A stretch of DNA of 63,458 nucleotides, the filler included, from an uncultured bacterium (GTDB taxonomy: Bacteria > DYJV01): NCBI GenBank assembly GCA_964543655.1. It is 3 parts of 3 records of this genome, joined end to end, with 100 filler letters (N's around TTAATTAATTAA, not from the genome) between each part and the next. Parts side by side here need not be neighbours in the genome. Positions count along the whole stretch, not along the records: positions 1 to 26,571 come from CAZIZE010000059.1; 2 more parts are not named here. One strand, written 5' to 3'. How positions within the stretch are numbered: position 1 is the first letter of the stretch; every line of letters begins with the position of its first letter. Under the pieces are notes generated by a model. The model was not told the origin of the DNA. It ran no database searches and worked only from the letters and a program-made list of their open reading frames with translations. The position numbers were made by a program, and so were the translations under genes. Positions 12,553-21,415 of this stretch are shown piece after piece.

Positions 12553-13607
12553 TGAACAAGATTTACAGAGTTATTGATGCTAATGTTAATAGAGCATCAG
12601 AAGGATTAAGAGTTTTAGAAGATATTTTCAGGCTTTTCTATAATAATGATAAATTTGTGAAAGCTGTTAAAGAAATTAGACATTCCATTAGAAAAGCCTG
12701 CTCTGATTTAAAGTTTTTAAAATCAAGGGATATTTCAACAGATTCAGGAAAAAGTTCTTTCACCAATACTGAAAAAAGTAGAAAGAGTGTTGAAGATATA
12801 TACCTTGCTAATTCCAAAAGAGTAGAAGAAAGCCTAAGGGTTCTCGAAGAATTTTTTAAAATTGTAAATGAAAGCAAAAGTTTTTTATTTAAAGAGTTAA
12901 GATTTAAAATTTATAGAATTGAAGAAGAGCTATTCTCTGTTAAACATAAATTCCAGAATATTTTAAAATGTAGCAAAACCACTCTATATACAATAGTTGA
13001 TTCAAGGTTCTGTATTAAAGAGCGTTTAGACACTTGTGTTGAAATTTTAAAAGGTGGTGCTAAAATTTTGCAACTCAGAGAAAAAGTGTTGAGTGACAGA
13101 GAAAAAATAAAAATTGGTAAAGCTATTTCTAAATTATGTAGAGATTTTGGAGCAATTTTTATAGTTAATGATAGAGTTGATATTGCTCTATATTGTGAAG
13201 CTGATGGTGTTCATCTTGGTCAAGATGACATTCCTGTTGAGTTAGCAAAAGATATTTTAGGAATAAATAAAATTTATGGGTTATCAACTCATACTTTCAA
13301 GCAGGTAAAGGAAGCAGCAACTCTATCTATTGATTACATTGGATTTGGCCCAATTTTCCCTACAAAGAGCAAGGAGAATCCTGATCCAGTTGTTGGAACC
13401 GAAAGTTTAAAAAAAGTAAAAAAAGAATATAAAAATTTACCTGTTTGTGCTATTGGCGGAATTAATTTTTCAAATATAGAGAGTGTTTTAGAAGCAACAC
13501 CAGAAATGGTTTGTGTAATGAGTGGAATTACAATGAGAGAAAATATAAAAAAAGAAGTTGAAAATTACAGGAGAGTTATTAATGACACAGTTAACTTATG
13601 CAAATAG
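12552..13607 (+). CDS. thiE: Thiamine-phosphate synthase with N-terminal ThiD2-like domain
   Basis: N-term RVIDANVNRASEGLRVLED (ThiD2-type); C-term QLREK, IVNDRVD, GVHLGQDD, GPIFPTKSK, AIGGI. Confidence 0.92.
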   Translation: MNKIYRVIDANVNRASEGLRVLEDIFRLFYNNDKFVKAVKEIRHSIRKACSDLKFLKSRDISTDSGKSSFTNTEKSRKSVEDIYLANSKRVEESLRVLEEFFKIVNESKSFLFKELRFKIYRIEEELFSVKHKFQNILKCSKTTLYTIVDSRFCIKERLDTCVEILKGGAKILQLREKVLSDREKIKIGKAISKLCRDFGAIFIVNDRVDIALYCEADGVHLGQDDIPVELAKDILGINKIYGLSTHTFKQVKEAATLSIDYIGFGPIFPTKSKENPDPVVGTESLKKVKKEYKNLPVCAIGGINFSNIESVLEATPEMVCVMSGITMRENIKKEVENYRRVINDTVNLCK

Positions 13608-14874
13608 AAATGAGCTTTCAAAAGAGATGAAAATTGTTGCAGAAGATGAAAATATTGATGTGGAGATTTTAAAAGAGAAAATAAAAAAGGGAAGGGTTGT
13701 TATTCCTGCGAATATTAATCATAAATCTTTGCATCCAAAAGGTATAGGAGAAGGTTTGAAAACAAAGGTTAATGTTAATCTTGGCTCCTCCAGGGATAAA
13801 GATGACTTTGAATTTGAGCTGAAGAAGCTTGATATTGCAATTAGATATGGTGCAGATGCAGTAATGGATTTAAGCACAGGTGAAAACCTTGATGAAATGA
13901 GAAGATTAATTATAGAAAAATCTCCTATTATGGTGGGTACAGTTCCAATTTATCAAGCTGCAATAGAGGCTGTTAAAAAGTATGGTTTTATGGGGAAAAT
14001 GAGTAAAAACCTGCTTTTTGATGTGATTGAAAAGCAGTGTGAGGATGGAGTTGATTTTATTACAGTCCATTGTGGAGTTACGCAATCATCAATTGAAAGA
14101 ATAAGGAAAGAGGGAAGAATAACCAATGTTGTTAGTAGAGGTGGCTCATTTATTGTTGAATGGATGATTTACAATAATAGAGAAAATCCTCTTTATGAAT
14201 TTTATGACGAATTATTGAAAATAGCAAAGAAATATGATGTTACTTTAAGTCTTGGTGATGGACTAAGGCCAGGTTGCTTATCTGATGCAACTGATAGGGG
14301 TCAGATACATGAATTAATTACCCTTGGTGAGCTTACAGAAGTTGCTTGGGAAAATGAAGTTCAGGTAATGATTGAAGGTCCTGGACATGTGCCCATTAAT
14401 GAAGTGGAGATGAATATTAAGCTGCAAAAATCTTTATGCCATGGTGCTCCTTTTTATGTTCTTGGCCCAATAGTAACAGATATTGCACCAGGATATGACC
14501 ATATTACAAGTGCAATTGGTGGTGCAATGGCTGCTTATTTTGGTGCAGATTTTCTATGTTATGTTACTCCAGCTGAGCATTTGAGACTTCCAGATGAAAA
14601 TGATGTAAAAGAAGGACTTATTGCTTCTAAGATAGCTGCACATGCAGGAGATATTGGTAAAAAAATTCCTGGTGCTATTGATATAGACAATGAAATGGCT
14701 AAAAGTAGAATGGAATTTAACTGGGAAAAACAGATTGAATTGAGCATTGATCCTTTTAAATCAAGAAAGTATAGAGATTCCCTTAAATCACAGGATAGTG
14801 ATGCATGTAGTATGTGTGGAGAATATTGCGCTCTTAAAAAGGTTAAGGAATATTTTGATTATAATAAAAAATGA
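13582..14874 (+). CDS. thiC: Phosphomethylpyrimidine synthase ThiC (short anaerobe type)
   Basis: VMDLSTG, GTVPIYQ, SRGGS, LSLGDGLRPG, MIEGPGH, YVTPAEHL, CSMCGEYC; ATG 13582 follows AGGAGA. Confidence 0.9.
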   Translation: MTQLTYANRNELSKEMKIVAEDENIDVEILKEKIKKGRVVIPANINHKSLHPKGIGEGLKTKVNVNLGSSRDKDDFEFELKKLDIAIRYGADAVMDLSTGENLDEMRRLIIEKSPIMVGTVPIYQAAIEAVKKYGFMGKMSKNLLFDVIEKQCEDGVDFITVHCGVTQSSIERIRKEGRITNVVSRGGSFIVEWMIYNNRENPLYEFYDELLKIAKKYDVTLSLGDGLRPGCLSDATDRGQIHELITLGELTEVAWENEVQVMIEGPGHVPINEVEMNIKLQKSLCHGAPFYVLGPIVTDIAPGYDHITSAIGGAMAAYFGADFLCYVTPAEHLRLPDENDVKEGLIASKIAAHAGDIGKKIPGAIDIDNEMAKSRMEFNWEKQIELSIDPFKSRKYRDSLKSQDSDACSMCGEYCALKKVKEYFDYNKK

Positions 14875-15383
14875 AAATATTAATTTCTGAATCTGAAATA
14901 AAAAAAAGAGTAAATGAAATAGCCAGTCAGATAGCTAAGGATTACAAGGGGAAAAAATTATTTATCATATCTATTCTTAAAGGTAGCTTTATCTTTGCTG
15001 CTGATCTTATTAGAGCTTTGTCATGTTATAATCTAAAAATAGAAATAGATTTTATAAAAGTTAGAAGTTATTCAGGTACAGAGTCTACAGGTAAGATTAA
15101 TTTTTTAAGTAAGGTACCTGATATTGCTGGAAAAGATGTTTTAATAGTGGAAGATATTTTTGATACAGGTCTTACACTTGAAGAAATTTACAATATTTTA
15201 CTTAAAGATAATCCAAATACTTTGAAGATAGCTACTTTTATAATTAAAGAAAAAGATAGAGAGTTTAATATTCCAATAGAATATTTTGGATTTAAAATTA
15301 AAGATCTGTTTATTGTAGGGTATGGTCTTGATTACAATGAAGATTACAGATATTTACCTTATATTGGTGTGATTTCACAATGA
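14871..15383 (+). CDS. hpt: Hypoxanthine phosphoribosyltransferase
   Basis: ILKGSFIFAADL, VLIVEDIFDTGLTL, FIVGYGLDY. Confidence 0.95.
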   Translation: MKILISESEIKKRVNEIASQIAKDYKGKKLFIISILKGSFIFAADLIRALSCYNLKIEIDFIKVRSYSGTESTGKINFLSKVPDIAGKDVLIVEDIFDTGLTLEEIYNILLKDNPNTLKIATFIIKEKDREFNIPIEYFGFKIKDLFIVGYGLDYNEDYRYLPYIGVISQ

Positions 15384-15904
15384 GTAAAGTAGTATTTGTT
15401 GTTGGTGGAAACAGGAGTGGGAAGAGTTTTTTTGCCCAGACTTATGCAGAATCATTATCAGGAAAAAGGGTGTATGTTGCCACTGCAATAGCATTTGATG
15501 AAGAGATGAAAGAAAGAATCAGGAAACATAAAAGTATTAGAGCTGATAAATGGCATGAAACAATAGAAGAACCATACAATATTTCAAGAATTCTTTCCAA
15601 TATGAGAGGAAAAACAGATGTAATGTTAATAGATTGTATAACTTTATGGTTAAATAATTTGATTTTAAAATTTGAAAATGATTTTCAGAAAATTTATAGA
15701 GAGATTGATAAATTTGTTAAAGAGATTTCCAATGTTACATACAATCTTTTTATTGTGTCAAATGAAGTTGGCATGGGAATAGTTCCTGAAAATAAAATTG
15801 CAAGATTATTTAGAGATCTTTCAGGTTATGCTAATCAGAAAATTGCTAAAGCCTCTGATGAGTTTTATATATCTTTTTGTGGATACAATCTGAGATTAAA
15901 ATGA
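15380..15904 (+). CDS. cobU: Adenosylcobinamide kinase/guanylyltransferase
   Basis: GGNRSGKS, YVATA..DEEM..RI..H, DCITLW, VSNEVGMGIVP. Confidence 0.95.
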   Translation: MSKVVFVVGGNRSGKSFFAQTYAESLSGKRVYVATAIAFDEEMKERIRKHKSIRADKWHETIEEPYNISRILSNMRGKTDVMLIDCITLWLNNLILKFENDFQKIYREIDKFVKEISNVTYNLFIVSNEVGMGIVPENKIARLFRDLSGYANQKIAKASDEFYISFCGYNLRLK

Positions 15905-16620
15905 ATTCAATTATAGCAGCAATATCATTTCTTACAATAGTTCCTATTAAAAATTTCAAAATCAACAATGAAATTTTTAGAAATTCATTAAAATTTTTTC
16001 CTTTAGTTGGGCTTATTTTAGGGTTGATTTTTTATTTAGTTACACTGTTGCCACTAAATTTTGAAATTATTGCGTTATTAATAACTCTTTGTTGGATTGT
16101 TATTACTGGAGGCTTCCATCTTGATGGTGTAGCTGATCTTTTTGATGCATTGGGGTCGTTAAAAGATAGAGCTAAAGCTATTGAAATAATGAAAGATTCA
16201 AGGGTTGGTGCAATGGGAGTTATTTCAATAGTTTTGGTTATATTATCAAAATTTATTCTTATAAAAAATATGTTAATAATTAATCCTTTTTTTCTAATCC
16301 TCCCACCTGTTGCAGGAAGATTTGCTATTAATTTTTTATCATGGAAAATAGATTATGCAAAAGAGGAAGGACTTGGTAAAAGTATAGTTGAATATACAGA
16401 TGATTTTACATTTATATTTAGCTTAATTTTTACTGGAGTTCTCTTTATAATGGTAAATATCAAACTAATTCTACTTTTTATTGATTTAATATTTTTTCTA
16501 TACTTTGCTTCAATCTTTTTTAAAAGAAAATTTGGTGGTGTTACTGGTGATATTTTAGGTTGTATGGTAGAAATATCAGAGGTTTTTATTTTAATTGGGG
16601 GGCTTTTTTTTGTTAGCTGA
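15901..16620 (+). CDS. cobS: Adenosylcobinamide-GDP ribazoletransferase (cobalamin synthase)
   Basis: TGGFHLDGVADLFD, IMKDSRVGAMG, GGVTGDILG; ATG overlaps cobU stop (ATGA). Confidence 0.95.
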   Translation: MNSIIAAISFLTIVPIKNFKINNEIFRNSLKFFPLVGLILGLIFYLVTLLPLNFEIIALLITLCWIVITGGFHLDGVADLFDALGSLKDRAKAIEIMKDSRVGAMGVISIVLVILSKFILIKNMLIINPFFLILPPVAGRFAINFLSWKIDYAKEEGLGKSIVEYTDDFTFIFSLIFTGVLFIMVNIKLILLFIDLIFFLYFASIFFKRKFGGVTGDILGCMVEISEVFILIGGLFFVS

Positions 16621-17245
16621 ATCATTAGTTGAAATTTTAAAAATCTATAGAGATGATGGTGTTGATTTTTTGCCAAAAGCTATATCAGAGAAGGAGTTAT
16701 TTATTGATAATCTTAAAAAAGAAGTAAAAAATTGTAAAAAGTGCACTCTTTTTAAATCTCGTAAAAATATAGTTTTTGGTGAAGGTAATCTATATGCAAA
16801 ACTAATGTTTATTGGTGAAGCTCCTGGAAAATATGAAGATCTTTCCGGTAAACCATTTGTGGGAGATGCTGGTAAGCTATTATCTAAAATAATAGATGCA
16901 ATGCATTTAAAAAGGGAAGATGTATATATTTGCAATATTTTAAAATGCAGGCCACCTAACAATAGAGATCCTCTACCTGAGGAAGTTGAAAAATGTTTAC
17001 CATTTTTAATAAAACAGATTGAATTAATAAAGCCAGAAATTATTGTAACACTCGGGAAAATTAGTACCTCTGTTTTATTAAATACCAGTGAGAAAATCAA
17101 TAAATTAAGAGGAAAATTTTATAATTATAAAGGGATAAAACTTTTGCCCACATTTCATCCAGCTCATCTTTTGCATCACCCTGAAAATAAAAAGTTTGTG
17201 TGGCATGATATGCAGTTAGTAATGAAAGAGTTAAATTTAAATTAA
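16595..17245 (+). CDS. udg: Uracil-DNA glycosylase family 4 (Fe-S); real start possibly TTG 16610
   Basis: CKKC, GEAPG..ED..GKPFVG, NILKCRPPNNRDP, TFHPA. Confidence 0.93.
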   Translation: MGGFFLLAESLVEILKIYRDDGVDFLPKAISEKELFIDNLKKEVKNCKKCTLFKSRKNIVFGEGNLYAKLMFIGEAPGKYEDLSGKPFVGDAGKLLSKIIDAMHLKREDVYICNILKCRPPNNRDPLPEEVEKCLPFLIKQIELIKPEIIVTLGKISTSVLLNTSEKINKLRGKFYNYKGIKLLPTFHPAHLLHHPENKKFVWHDMQLVMKELNLN

Positions 17246-17293
17246 GTGAAAAATGGTGAATTTGAGTTTAAAAAAAATTTTTAAGGAGCAGAT

Positions 17294-17584
17294 ATGGATC
17301 CATTTTTTGCAGGTATGGGAATATTTTCGTTTGTTTTTATAATTTTTGCTATAATTATAAGCATTTTATGGACAATGCTTCCATTTGCAATATTTGGTAT
17401 TAAAAATAGGCTTGACAAATTAATAGATCTACTTGAAAAAGTTAATTTTCAACTTTCTTCAATTGAAAAAGAATTAATCAATGTTCATAAAAATTGCTGT
17501 GAGTATAAAAAAGATAAAGAGGAAGCCAAGGCTAATAGAGAATCAAATGATGATTATACCAAGTATATGCCTAAACAGAAGTAA
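17294..17584 (+). CDS. Small membrane-anchored hypothetical protein
   Basis: AAGGAG RBS; N-terminal hydrophobic helix followed by a coiled-coil-like segment. Confidence 0.75.
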   Translation: MDPFFAGMGIFSFVFIIFAIIISILWTMLPFAIFGIKNRLDKLIDLLEKVNFQLSSIEKELINVHKNCCEYKKDKEEAKANRESNDDYTKYMPKQK

Positions 17585-17643
17585 GGCTTTTATATACTCT
17601 TAAGTAGTATGAATTTTTATTGTGCTAAATATTTGAAATAGTA

Positions 17644-18060
17644 TTACTTTTTGTAAATACCTTGTTCTCTCCTCTTTTCTGCAAGCTTGCTAATTCGTGT
17701 ACCATAAATAATCTTGAACCCTAATTTATTTCCTACAAGTGATTCAATGTAATCTTTATGTGGACATGGGCCACCATGAAAAGAATCAAGTGCCATACAT
17801 GATGAAAAGTGAACAATAATCTCTTCTTTGATTATTTTTTCTTTCCTTTTCATCTGTCTCAAAAGATTGGTTAATTTTCTATGAACTGCTCTGCCACAAC
17901 ATCCACCACAGGTCATGGTCAGAAATCTCAGATTTTTATTTTCAGAATAAATAGAGAATGCACCACTTCTATTATGAAAAGCATACTCACAATAGTAGCC
18001 TGAGCACCTTTCTTTTACAATATGGCATTGTATTACAACAATATATTTAACATTTTCCAT
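17644..18060 (-). CDS. CGGC-domain putative metal/Fe-S binding protein
   Basis: QC..VKERCSG..C, TCGGCCG, HFSSC, CPH. Confidence 0.85.
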   Translation of the reverse strand: MENVKYIVVIQCHIVKERCSGYYCEYAFHNRSGAFSIYSENKNLRFLTMTCGGCCGRAVHRKLTNLLRQMKRKEKIIKEEIIVHFSSCMALDSFHGGPCPHKDYIESLVGNKLGFKIIYGTRISKLAEKRREQGIYKK

Positions 18061-18072
18061 GAATTGCTCCTT

Positions 18073-19218
18073 TTATGTTTCCTCTGTATAAAAAAGAATA
18101 GCTTTTAAATCATCTTCTTCTTCAAGGTTTCCACCAAAGGCAGAGATAAGTATTCCGAGAGTGCTAATAAGAAGAGCAAAATGGGTAACTGGTAAATGAC
18201 CGGAAATTCCACTCCAATTTATTAAAACCTTTTCAGGAAATATGGATATAATAAAGTATGATATAAAAAAAAGAAGCAGCCATAGAGCTGATATACCTAT
18301 TAATAGAGTACCAAAAATAACAAATTTTGACCTTACAGCTTGCTCTTTTAACTTATCTGATCTTGCAATTTTATTGAGATTCTGACCAAAATATAGTGAG
18401 AGAGTAGAGCCTAATAGCGCAAATATTATACATGAATAAAGCCACCCTGTTTTTATGGCAGCTCCCATTTCCCAGAATTCTGCAGTTAAAAATAAGAAAA
18501 TAGTGGAAATTACAATAGCTGCTATAAATTTGCTCAAATAAATAATAGTAAGCCATGAACGAAAAATTATTATATCTCTAAGCATCCCAAAACCTTCATT
18601 TTTTAAAAACTGGAGATAGAATAATAATTTTTTTGATTTTGTGTCAGATTTTTCTTCAAGTCTTGGGTCTGCAATTTTTTGTAAATAATGGATAATATGC
18701 TCTTTTTCAAAACTATTCCACTGAGTAAGGCTCTCTTCTGTCCAAACATTCCAGGGTTTCATTACAGAATTTTCACTGTGATCAAGTCCCCAAAGATGTC
18801 CTAAATTATGTTTTATTAGTGCAATAGCAGGTTGAAAAGAATCACTGCTCCTACTTTCAAAAAATCTTGCAAAACTGATGATAGCTGTTTCAAGCATATT
18901 TGAAGGAACAGCATTGGTAAATTGATTAAACCTTGGTTTTAGCGGTAATGATGTAAATAGTAAAACAAAGTCGAGATTATATTCAAGCTTGAGTGATGAA
19001 GCATAATCAAGAAGTTGTACTGGGTCAGCTGGTGATTCTCTTATAAAATCTTTCCTTTTTATTAATTTAAATTGCCACTCAAATGCAGGTAAAGTCTCAT
19101 TTAAATCTTTGGAAAGCTCATTTATCAGATTGGTGACAAAATTGTAAAAATCTTTATCTTCTTTAGCATCAACAATGATACCCAACGAAATGTTGTTAAT
19201 GTTTTTTGATTTTTCCAT
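18073..19218 (-). CDS. Membrane protein with metzincin-like N-terminal domain (catalytic Glu replaced by Asn)
   Basis: HNLGHLWGLDH followed by SVM (Met-turn-like); about 4 C-terminal TM helices. Confidence 0.65.
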   Translation of the reverse strand: MEKSKNINNISLGIIVDAKEDKDFYNFVTNLINELSKDLNETLPAFEWQFKLIKRKDFIRESPADPVQLLDYASSLKLEYNLDFVLLFTSLPLKPRFNQFTNAVPSNMLETAIISFARFFESRSSDSFQPAIALIKHNLGHLWGLDHSENSVMKPWNVWTEESLTQWNSFEKEHIIHYLQKIADPRLEEKSDTKSKKLLFYLQFLKNEGFGMLRDIIIFRSWLTIIYLSKFIAAIVISTIFLFLTAEFWEMGAAIKTGWLYSCIIFALLGSTLSLYFGQNLNKIARSDKLKEQAVRSKFVIFGTLLIGISALWLLLFFISYFIISIFPEKVLINWSGISGHLPVTHFALLISTLGILISAFGGNLEEEDDLKAILFYTEET

Positions 19219-19308
19219 GATGCTTTTTATTATAACAGTTTTGATAATAATTACAAGAGATAAAATTTAATAAGGAGAAATGTATGAAAAATAGATGTAA
19301 ATTAAGAA

Positions 19309-19917
19309 TTAATCAGTTAAAAAAGTGTAATTGATTTTTTCAACTTTAACAAAATTGTCAAAATATTCAATTATATTCATACAGCCAAAATCCTGCTTTA
19401 TTCTGAAAAAATCTTGTAACTGCATGTTTAATGCATTGAGAATAATTAATGTATTAATTCCACCATGTGCAACTATTATGATATTTTTACCAAAATGTTC
19501 TTTCTTTACTGTTTCAATAAAATTTATCACCCTTTCCTGTGCCTCAATTAGGTTCTCAGCACCTTCTACTTTGTAAGTAACATAATCTGCAAATTTTTTT
19601 TCTGCTTCCTCTGGGTATTTTTTCATTATTTCCTCATAGCTAAGCCCTTCCCATCTTCCCTGACTGACTTCTCTTAGCTTTTTATCAACTCTGTATGGAA
19701 TATTAAAAAATTTTGAAAAAATTTCCGCACCTTTTTTAGCTCTTATTAAGTCGCTTGAATAAATAGCAGAGAAATTGAAATTTCGTAAAAATGGGATGTA
19801 ATGGTGAAAAATTTCTAATCCTTTTTTGTCAACATCAACGTCAATAAAGCCGTTGTATCTAAAAGTTCCATCTAAAGTATTTATTGTTTGAGTATGCCTA
19901 AAAAGGAAAAGCTTCAT
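19309..19917 (-). CDS. cobC: Histidine phosphatase family protein, probable alpha-ribazole phosphatase
   Basis: RH motif (RHTQT), YSSDL.RA, LRE..QGRWEG, VAHGGIN; cobU and cobS nearby. Confidence 0.65.
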   Translation of the reverse strand: MKLFLFRHTQTINTLDGTFRYNGFIDVDVDKKGLEIFHHYIPFLRNFNFSAIYSSDLIRAKKGAEIFSKFFNIPYRVDKKLREVSQGRWEGLSYEEIMKKYPEEAEKKFADYVTYKVEGAENLIEAQERVINFIETVKKEHFGKNIIIVAHGGINTLIILNALNMQLQDFFRIKQDFGCMNIIEYFDNFVKVEKINYTFLTD

Positions 19918-19926
19918 AAGAAATCC

Positions 19927-20463
19927 TTAATTTTTTATTGAAATTATATTTGTAAAGCATGGAATACATAACTTCTGGTTGTTAAAAAATTTAATTTTTG
20001 TTTCCATAACTGATTCGCCACAATTTTCGCAGATGATAGAGCTAAAAATTCGAGCCTTTATAGGAATTTCTGAATCTTCAATTTTGAACTTTTTAATAAA
20101 AAAAATTTTATCTTCTGGAGATTTCATGATTAGGTTAAAGAATTCATCTTTTGAGAGTTTATCCCTTGAAATAGGTTTTAAACAGATTCTAATAGCTTCT
20201 CCATTTTTTCTTTTAATGATTGTAAATGCTTGTTTGCCAAAATCTTTGAAAATTAAATTGCCTTTGCCAAAAGTGCAACTTAAGATGTATTGGATTGCAT
20301 CTACACTGCATGAATTATTTTCAACAATTGCAACCAATTCTTCATCTTCTGACTTTGAAAAGCCACTCATTATAGCAATATTAGCAGCTCTAAATCCTAT
20401 AGCAAGACCAGCGCATGAATGACCATGAAATTTTACAACATCGTTGTAAAGAATGTTTTCCAT
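19927..20463 (-). CDS. FmdE-family protein with C-terminal zinc finger
   Basis: FHGHSCAGLAIG, ENNSCSVDAIQ..CTFGKGNL, CENCGE...CIPC; ATG 20463 follows GGGGT. Confidence 0.9.
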   Translation of the reverse strand: MENILYNDVVKFHGHSCAGLAIGFRAANIAIMSGFSKSEDEELVAIVENNSCSVDAIQYILSCTFGKGNLIFKDFGKQAFTIIKRKNGEAIRICLKPISRDKLSKDEFFNLIMKSPEDKIFFIKKFKIEDSEIPIKARIFSSIICENCGESVMETKIKFFNNQKLCIPCFTNIISIKN

Positions 20464-20465
20464 TT

Positions 20466-20978
20466 TTACCCCCAAAATAATTTTTCTATTTCATTTATTT
20501 TTTCTTTATCTATTTCAGGACATTGATAAATTTCCGCATCACCCTGAGAAAGTTTCGTTGCAAATACAAAACATGAGGGTTGATTGCATTTTTTGCAATT
20601 TGTTTTAGGGAGAAGTTTATAAATATCTATTACCTTGGGGGGCTCTTTTTTAGAGTAATCTGGTGTTATTTCTGACCGACGCTCCCATATATTATTTATA
20701 AACTTAACGAGATTGGCTGCTACTTTTTCTCCTTCTTCTTTGTCAATAATATTGCCTATTTTTATTTCATCTGGTCTAATTGAAACTTTATGGTTTTCAA
20801 AATTAAAAACAATAGTTTTTGCTTGAGGAATATAAATTCTTTTATTTAAATAACCGTTTAGAAAGGGTAAAAGTTCTGTAAGATTATTGTCTATTTCTAA
20901 TTTTCCACTCCAATAAACAGAACCAGGAAGGCATGGTGGTGGAAAAAGTTGTAGTTTGTAATTGTTAATTAGTGTCAT
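20466..20978 (-). CDS. (Fe-S)-binding protein
   Basis: PPCLPGS N-terminus; C-terminal LPKTNCKKCNQPSC..FA...CP Fe-S cluster domain; own RBS GGAGAAGGAG. Confidence 0.85.
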   Translation of the reverse strand: MTLINNYKLQLFPPPCLPGSVYWSGKLEIDNNLTELLPFLNGYLNKRIYIPQAKTIVFNFENHKVSIRPDEIKIGNIIDKEEGEKVAANLVKFINNIWERRSEITPDYSKKEPPKVIDIYKLLPKTNCKKCNQPSCFVFATKLSQGDAEIYQCPEIDKEKINEIEKLFWG

Positions 20979-21406
20979 ATCTCCTTCTCCTGAAAGATTT
21001 TTTATTAATCGATTTAGTAAATTTTTGAATAATTCTATATCATTTTGAGAAAAATTATTTAAACTTTTATTTAATGTATCTACTATCAGTTTTTTTAATG
21101 GTTTTTCAATTAACTTTGCATCCTCTGTTAAAAATATTTTAAAAGCTCTTTTGTCGCTTTGATGAATAACTCTTGTTACAAAACCTTTTTTTCAAGTTTA
21201 TCAATAATCAGTTTAATTGTAGAAGGGTCACTGTAAAGTTTTTGTGAAATTTCAACAAGAGTTAATCCATCTTTTTCAAATAATCTTGACAATACTCCCC
21301 ATTGTGGAGCTGTTAAATTGTAAGGAGCAAGAACAGTTTCTATTCTTTTTTTTAATAACCTAAAAGAAACAGATAGTAAATATCCTAAAAAATTATTGTA
21401 ACTCAT
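20979..21406 (-). pseudogene. MarR-family regulator split by a -1 frameshift at A7 (21186-21192); the distal half has no stop and runs in frame into the Fe-S gene
   Basis: 0 frame ..LTAPQWGVL..IIDKLEKKVL*; -1 frame GFVTRVIHQSDKRAFKIFLT..LLNRLIKNLSGEGD-MTLINN. Confidence 0.85.
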
Positions 21407-21415
21407 TTTTTTTAA

